Source: an uncultured Flavobacteriaceae bacterium (GTDB taxonomy: Bacteria > Bacteroidota > Bacteroidia > Flavobacteriales > Flavobacteriaceae). Taken from it: a stretch of DNA of 64,000 nt. The stretch is taken from NCBI GenBank assembly GCA_938084555.1, contig CALKFR010000024.1, positions 1,824 through 65,823 on the forward strand, in the 5' to 3' direction. Shown here one piece after another: positions 58,794-64,000 of the stretch. A program made the position numbers and the translations under genes. Position 1 is the stretch's first letter; each line of letters opens with the position of its first letter. A model generated the notes under the pieces. It did not search any database. It had not been told where the DNA came from and saw only the letters and a program-made list of their open reading frames with translations.

Positions 58794-59431
58794 AAGAAAT
58801 ATTAAACCCCAAATATTCTGAAAATGAGGAAAAATTAAATGTATTAACTCATGCTTTTGGATTGCTTATGAGTATCATTGGATTACCTTTATTAGTGATT
58901 AAATCATTTCATTTTAATGGTTTTTGGAAACCATTAAGCATTATTATTTTTGGGCTAAGTTTAGTTGTATTGTATGCCGCATCAACATTTTATCACGCAT
59001 CAAAAAATCCTAAATTAAGAAGGAAGTTAAATATTTTTGATCATGCTGCCATTTATGTTTTAATAGCAGGAACATATTCTCCATTTACAATCATTGTTTT
59101 GGATGGAGCATTAGGCTGGCTCATTTTTGGGTGTACTTGGGTTTTCGCGTTTGTTGGTATTGTGTTAAAGCTTTTTTACACTGGGCGTTATGACAAGCTT
59201 TCTACCGTAATGTATATTTTAATGGGATGGCAAATTATTCTAGTTATTAACCCTTTGACAAATGCTTTTACAATGAAGGGGTTACAATTGTTGTTTTCAG
59301 GAGGAGTTTTTTATACTGTTGGAGCTTTGATCTATTCATCAAAAAAAATTAAATATAATCACGCTATTTTCCATGTTTTTGTATTGATAGGAAGTGCATG
59401 CCATTATGTATGTATCTATAAATATATTTAG
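58790..59431 (+). CDS. hemolysin III / PAQR family membrane protein (TrhA-like)
   Basis: EEKLNVLTH, STFYH, DHAAIYVLIAGTY, HAIFHVFV. Confidence 0.92.
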   Translation: MKEILNPKYSENEEKLNVLTHAFGLLMSIIGLPLLVIKSFHFNGFWKPLSIIIFGLSLVVLYAASTFYHASKNPKLRRKLNIFDHAAIYVLIAGTYSPFTIIVLDGALGWLIFGCTWVFAFVGIVLKLFYTGRYDKLSTVMYILMGWQIILVINPLTNAFTMKGLQLLFSGGVFYTVGALIYSSKKIKYNHAIFHVFVLIGSACHYVCIYKYI

Positions 59432-59510
59432 TTTATTTAGAATTAATAAAATGAGATAAATTATTTTCATAAAATTTATTTATTAATAATAATTTATTTA
59501 TATTTGTTTT

Positions 59511-59606
59511 AACTTTAGCTAACATTAGTTAGTTTTTGTTAATAAATCTTATTTTAGGGGGTAGATTTATTAAATCCCTCGAACTTTTAGTTCGAGGTTT
59601 TTTTTT
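59511..59606 (+). ncRNA. candidate small RNA (promoter, hairpin, terminator)
   Basis: TATATTTG at 59499-59506, 11-bp stem 59539-59573, terminator 59577-59606; no ATG in the unit. Confidence 0.5.
59577..59606 (+). terminator. intrinsic terminator overlapping CYTH stop codon
   Basis: cctcgaact-ttt-agttcgagg plus 9 T. Confidence 0.9.
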
Positions 59607-60075
59607 GCCAATTTTTAAATGGATTAAGACTGAGATTTGAATTATAATAGTTTACGTTATTTGTAACTTCAATCTCAAGATAATCAGGTTTTAAAAAAAC
59701 CTCATTTTTATCTTTAAGTTCTATTTCTGCTATAATTAGGCCTTTGTTTTTTCCTAAAAACTCATCAATTTCGAAGATGTGATTTTCTAATTTGTGATAA
59801 TATCTGATTTTTTCTATAATTTCTTTTTCACAAAGAACCATTAATTCTTTAGCATCCTCAATATCAATTTCTTTTTCCCATTCAAAACGTGTAGTCCCAC
59901 TTTCATCTGAAATACCTTTAATAGTTAAGAAAGCTAAATTATCAATTATTCTAACCCGTACTACGCTTTTTTTGTTGGAGTTAAGATATCCTTGGGTAAT
60001 GTGTTTTTTATCATAACACATTTTTTTAAAATCGTTATTTTTTACTAAAAATTTCCTTTCAATTTCTATATTCAT
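59587..60075 (-). CDS. CYTH domain triphosphate tunnel metalloenzyme
   Basis: Start MNIEIERKFLV (ExExK), RVRI, LTIKG, EKIRY, AEIEL. Confidence 0.92.
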   Translation of the reverse strand: MNIEIERKFLVKNNDFKKMCYDKKHITQGYLNSNKKSVVRVRIIDNLAFLTIKGISDESGTTRFEWEKEIDIEDAKELMVLCEKEIIEKIRYYHKLENHIFEIDEFLGKNKGLIIAEIELKDKNEVFLKPDYLEIEVTNNVNYYNSNLSLNPFKNWQKKTSN

Positions 60076-60132
60076 TTTTATTATTCTTTGTACTAATGTA
60101 ATGGATTTATCGTTATTGTTACAAGAAATAAA

Positions 60133-60140
60133 TATATTTG
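60133..60140 (+). promoter_or_regulatory. -7 promoter element of porZ-recO unit
   Basis: TATATTTG 16 nt upstream of the ATG. Confidence 0.7.
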
Positions 60141-60156
60141 ACATCAATTAATTTTC

Positions 60157-62496
60157 ATGTTTAAGAGACTTTTCATTTTCTTTAGTTTTTCAACAATTCC
60201 TTTAGTAGCTCAAGTAGATTATAGCGATGCTTGGGAAGATTTTTTTTCATACAATAACGTTAAAGATTTTGTTAAAGTAGAAAATATGTTATACGCATTA
60301 ACAGACAATGCAACCTTTACTTATGATTTTTTAACTCAAGAAACAGAAAAATTATCTTCGGTTCAAGGATTGTCTGGTGAAACCACTTCAGCAATTCATT
60401 ACAGTAATGACACTAATAGACTTGTTATTGGTTATGAAAATGGATTAATTGAAGTTATTGATTCTGATGGCAGTATTACAATTTCCTCAGATATCGTAAG
60501 TTTTAATCAAACTGGAGCAAAAAGGATTAATAATATTTTTGAATATCAAGGGAAACTTTATTTATCTACCTCGTTTGCCATTGTTGAGTATGATATTTTA
60601 CAATTAGAATTTGGAGATACCTTTTTTATTGGAAACAATTCATTGGATGTTAATATTCTAGAAATCACAGTTTTTAACAACCGAATTTATGCAGCTACAG
60701 AAAATGGTATTTTCCATGCAGATTTAAGTAATCCAAATTTAATTGATTTCAATAACTGGAGTTTAATTACCTCTGCAAATAATAATTTTAAAAATATTAC
60801 AGTTTTTAACGACAAGCTCTTCACAATATTAAACACTCAGTTATATGAATTAAATGAATTAAATGAATTAGAATTGATAACAAATTTATCTTCAAATGTT
60901 TTAGGATTAAAGAGTTCTTCAACTAATCTTTCGGTAGCTTTTAATAGTTCATTAGCGGTTTATGATACCCAGCTAAATCTAGTTTTTCAAAATACTGCAG
61001 ATGATAATTTTGATTATACGTTAAACAATGTATATACAGAGAATAATCAATTATTACTGGCTACAAAACAATATGGAGTTTTATCTTCCTCCACTTTAAA
61101 TAATCCTATTTTCTCAGAAATTCATCCCGAAGGACCAGTATCAAATGATGTATTTTCTGTAACAGCAAAAAACAACCAATTATGGGTGGTATATGGAGGC
61201 TATTCACCAACTATGGCACCTATCCAACCCAATTTAGGGTATAGTCATTACAACGGAGAGAATTGGTTCACAGCAGAAAATGATCTTGACAACTCTTTTC
61301 CAGGATTTGTGGATGTAACTCTAGACCCAAATAATGAGAATAAAGTATTTATTAGTAGCTTTGGAAGTACTAATCAAATTAACACTTATCAAACAGGGGG
61401 TTTGTTTATTGTTGAAAATGACGAAATCACTAATTTTTATAATAATCTGAACAGTCCTTTAGAGAATATTTATGAATCGAGTCCATTAATTAATAGTGTT
61501 AGTTTAAGAATTTCTGGTTCTGTTTTTGATAATCTAGGAAACTTATGGATGACCAATATTGGTTCATTTAATGAGTTGAAAAAGTTTTCAAATGGTTCTT
61601 GGACTGAATATGATCTTAGTTCTGTGAAGTCAAATTTTTCCGCTGGTGCCGTCACGGAAATAATAGTAGATAGAAATAATTCTATTTGGATGGGTTCAAG
61701 AAGTGACGGCGTCATAGTATTTAATCAAAACGGTGAAAGGATTAGAGCTTTAACTTCTACACCAACTGAAGGAAGCTTACCAAATTCAAGAGTTATTAGT
61801 CTGGCATCAGATTCAGACAACAGAATTTGGATTGGAACTATTTCTGGATTAGTAGTTTTTAATAATGCATCAGGTGTTTTTGATGCTGATATAGTTGATG
61901 CACAGCCTATAATTTTTGAGGAGGATGGAATTGCCAAAAAATTACTTGGTGATCAATTTGTTTCTGCTATAGCAGTTGATGGTGCAAATAACAAATGGTT
62001 TGGTACATCTGACGGAGGAGTTATCTATACCAATCCAAATGGCCAGACAACAATAGCAAATTTTAGCAAACAAAATTCTCCTATACCTTCGGATAGAATT
62101 GTAAAGATTGCAGTAGACAAAGAAACTGGTAAAGTTTTTTTTGCAACTGATAAAGGTATCGTTGCCTACAATAGTAATGTAGCTCCATTTGGAGATTCTT
62201 TAGGAGAAGTATATGCATATCCAAATCCAGTTAGAAAGTTTCATAGTATAGTTACCATTGATGGAAGAAATGGCACAAATTTACCAAAAGGCACTAACGT
62301 GAAAATTTTAGATGTTGCTGGTAATTTAGTGTATGAAACTAATGTTGTAGAAGGTGAGCAGTTACAAGGCGGAAAAGTGATATGGGATAAAAAGAATTTA
62401 GCTGGAAAATATGTAGCTTCAGGAATCTACATAGTTCTTTTAGCGAATGAGGATGCTTCAGAAACATCTACTACAAAAATAGCAATCATCAATTAA
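60157..62496 (+). CDS. porZ: type IX secretion system PorZ-like beta-propeller protein
   Basis: N-terminal W..FFSY, propeller repeats (VDGANNKWFGT), T9SS CTD YAYPNP...GIYIV...KIAII; adjacent to recO. Confidence 0.85.
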   Translation: MFKRLFIFFSFSTIPLVAQVDYSDAWEDFFSYNNVKDFVKVENMLYALTDNATFTYDFLTQETEKLSSVQGLSGETTSAIHYSNDTNRLVIGYENGLIEVIDSDGSITISSDIVSFNQTGAKRINNIFEYQGKLYLSTSFAIVEYDILQLEFGDTFFIGNNSLDVNILEITVFNNRIYAATENGIFHADLSNPNLIDFNNWSLITSANNNFKNITVFNDKLFTILNTQLYELNELNELELITNLSSNVLGLKSSSTNLSVAFNSSLAVYDTQLNLVFQNTADDNFDYTLNNVYTENNQLLLATKQYGVLSSSTLNNPIFSEIHPEGPVSNDVFSVTAKNNQLWVVYGGYSPTMAPIQPNLGYSHYNGENWFTAENDLDNSFPGFVDVTLDPNNENKVFISSFGSTNQINTYQTGGLFIVENDEITNFYNNLNSPLENIYESSPLINSVSLRISGSVFDNLGNLWMTNIGSFNELKKFSNGSWTEYDLSSVKSNFSAGAVTEIIVDRNNSIWMGSRSDGVIVFNQNGERIRALTSTPTEGSLPNSRVISLASDSDNRIWIGTISGLVVFNNASGVFDADIVDAQPIIFEEDGIAKKLLGDQFVSAIAVDGANNKWFGTSDGGVIYTNPNGQTTIANFSKQNSPIPSDRIVKIAVDKETGKVFFATDKGIVAYNSNVAPFGDSLGEVYAYPNPVRKFHSIVTIDGRNGTNLPKGTNVKILDVAGNLVYETNVVEGEQLQGGKVIWDKKNLAGKYVASGIYIVLLANEDASETSTTKIAIIN

Positions 62497-63221
62497 TGTC
62501 AATAATATCTTCTAAAGCGATTGTTATTAGTACTATTAAATATAGTGATACTAGTTTAATAGTAAAGCTTTATACAAAAAAAGTTGGTGTAGTTTCTTTC
62601 TTGTTAAAAGGAATTTTAAAATCAAAAAAAGGAAAGTTAAGAACTGCTTACTTTCAACCTTTGAATCAGCTTTCAGTTATTTTTAGTCATCAAGAAAAAA
62701 GAAATTTACAACTATTACAAGACGCTCAAGTAATTCATACATATAAGACTATTTATACCTCTATTACAAAACAATCTATAGTTTTATTTATATCTGAAAT
62801 TTTAACTAGTGCAATTCAAGAAGAAGAAAACAATACTTTATTATATGAATATCTTGAGTATTCTCTCATTTGGTTAGACTCTCATGATCAAATATCTAAT
62901 TTTCACTTACTTTTTTTATTAAATTTTACTAAATTTTTAGGCTTTTATCCTGACGTTTCTCAATCTTATAAAAACGGCTTTCATTTGAGTGAAGGGTTTT
63001 TTACTGATAACCTTCAAATCAAGGAAGTTATTAAGGGAAATGAAATAAATCAGTTCAAAAAGCTTTTAGGCACAAATTTTGATAATGTTGAGTGTATGAA
63101 TTTTTCAAAGACTGAAAGACAAAGATTATTGCAAATGTTAATTCGATATTTTGAATTACATTTGGACGGATTTAGAATCCCAAAATCTTTAGCAGTTTTA
63201 GAAACAGTATTTAGTAAATGA
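62496..63221 (+). CDS. recO: DNA repair protein RecO
   Basis: KYSDTSLIVKLYT, FQPL, LGFYP, KSLAVL. Confidence 0.93.
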   Translation: MSIISSKAIVISTIKYSDTSLIVKLYTKKVGVVSFLLKGILKSKKGKLRTAYFQPLNQLSVIFSHQEKRNLQLLQDAQVIHTYKTIYTSITKQSIVLFISEILTSAIQEEENNTLLYEYLEYSLIWLDSHDQISNFHLLFLLNFTKFLGFYPDVSQSYKNGFHLSEGFFTDNLQIKEVIKGNEINQFKKLLGTNFDNVECMNFSKTERQRLLQMLIRYFELHLDGFRIPKSLAVLETVFSK

Positions 63222-64000
63222 GAACCATAGGATATTTAATACTTTTTTTAATAACATTTTCATCTTTTGCTCAAGAGTTGAAAGTACTAGATAAAGAAAC
63301 GGGTAAGCCTATCTTTAATGTGAATGTTTTTACAGAAAACCCTTATTTTAACTCTTCAACAAATTCAAATGGGGTTGTAGATATTTCCATTGTTAAGGGA
63401 AAAGATATTTTAATTTTTTCTCATATTTCATATGCTTTAAAAAGCATTCCAAAAAATCTTTTAAAAAATCAAAACTTTACACTTTTCCTAGCAAAACAAT
63501 CTGAACAATTAGATGAAGTCGTTATATCTGTATTTAAAAGAGATGCAAAAATAAACAGAGTCGCAGAAAGAGTAGCTGTATTAACATCTAAAGAAATAGA
63601 AAAATTATCACCACAAACATCAGCTGATTTATTAGCGGCGATTCCTGGAGTTAAGATTCAAAAATCTCAAATGGGAGGTGGAAGCCCTGTTATTAGAGGA
63701 ATGGAGTCTAACAGAGTTATGTTAGTGGTAGATGGAGTTAGAATGAATAATGCTATATACAGGAAAGGACATTTACAAAATGCCATTACTGTTGCTCCGA
63801 ATCAATTAGATAAGACAGAAATTGTTTTTGGTCCATCATCCGTAATTTATGGTTCAGATGCTTTAGGTGGAGTCATTCATTATTACACTAAAACACCTAA
63901 ACTATCCGAAAATACAAAAGTTACCTCCAGTTTTTTTAATCGATATTCTTCCATTAATAATGAAATTACAACAAATGCTTCAGTAGAAATTGGTGCCAAA
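63218..64000 (+). CDS. TonB-dependent receptor (3' truncated by window; not in ORF track)
   Basis: ATG at 63218 overlaps the recO stop (ATGA). MRTIGYLILFLITFSSFAQ signal peptide; plug motifs GGSPVIRGMESNRV..VDGVRMNN and GPSSVIYGSDALGGV. Confidence 0.9.
   Translation, partial: MRTIGYLILFLITFSSFAQELKVLDKETGKPIFNVNVFTENPYFNSSTNSNGVVDISIVKGKDILIFSHISYALKSIPKNLLKNQNFTLFLAKQSEQLDEVVISVFKRDAKINRVAERVAVLTSKEIEKLSPQTSADLLAAIPGVKIQKSQMGGGSPVIRGMESNRVMLVVDGVRMNNAIYRKGHLQNAITVAPNQLDKTEIVFGPSSVIYGSDALGGVIHYYTKTPKLSENTKVTSSFFNRYSSINNEITTNASVEIGAK

Noticed and set aside
58790-59431. Hemolysin III as a virulence toxin
   Set aside because: The PAQR/TrhA family is a widespread membrane homeostasis family, and the neighbouring acyltransferase fits a lipid role.
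60845-60875. ATGAATTAA tandem repeat in porZ (ELNELNELEL)
   Set aside because: Under three in-frame 9-bp copies in a loop; too short to suggest phase variation or function.
1024-61937. Short ORF-track entries inside or antisense to real genes (e.g. 1024-1212, 1154-1360, 4414-4605, 7696-7893, 12568-12813, 15331-15549, 18828-19019, 19861-20079, 20156-20359, 21513-21737, 24964-25164, 32562-32846, 32630-32833, 37446-37712, 37953-38153, 41105-41329, 41522-41716, 42662-42844, 46321-46542, 47800-47982, 51923-52114, 52336-52518, 52512-52718, 53889-54089, 61470-61715, 61725-61937)
   Set aside because: Shadow ORFs overlapping well-supported CDSs, with no motifs and composition typical of antisense or alternative frames.
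1-64000. Mobile element, prophage, CRISPR array or defence island
   Set aside because: No integrase, transposase, phage or cas genes, no regularly spaced repeats and no obvious compositional shift; nearly all genes are recognisable core functions.

Overview
AT-rich (roughly 30% GC by eye), gene-dense chromosomal segment from a member of the Flavobacteriaceae (Bacteroidota), probably a marine Polaribacter/Tenacibaculum-like organism. The assignment rests on gldH, porZ, TAnnTTTG promoters, the lack of Shine-Dalgarno sequences and Flavobacteria-type DUFs. It holds about 63 CDS (prs and a TonB receptor are cut by the window edges) and two tRNAs (Ala-GGC, Cys-GCA). Content is mostly core genome: translation and tRNA modification, glycolysis, an Fe-S carrier/ferredoxin module, a Tyr/Trp catabolic operon (hmgA-hppD-TDO), a peptidase cluster, peptidoglycan enzymes, T9SS/gliding genes and DNA repair. 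I found no integrase, transposase, prophage, CRISPR array or recognisable defence system, and no clearly new multi-gene system. The best leads are non-coding or micro-scale: two orphan promoter-to-terminator units that look like unannotated sRNA or micro-ORF genes (about 59.5 kb and 26.8 kb), a Tyr-Trp-containing uORF ahead of the Tyr/Trp catabolic operon, and a stand-alone RicT with an extra Cys-rich N-terminus and a structured leader. A GH3-family amide ligase coupled to an M23 gene and several probably leaderless genes are also of interest. All product calls come from motif recognition by eye; no database search was run.
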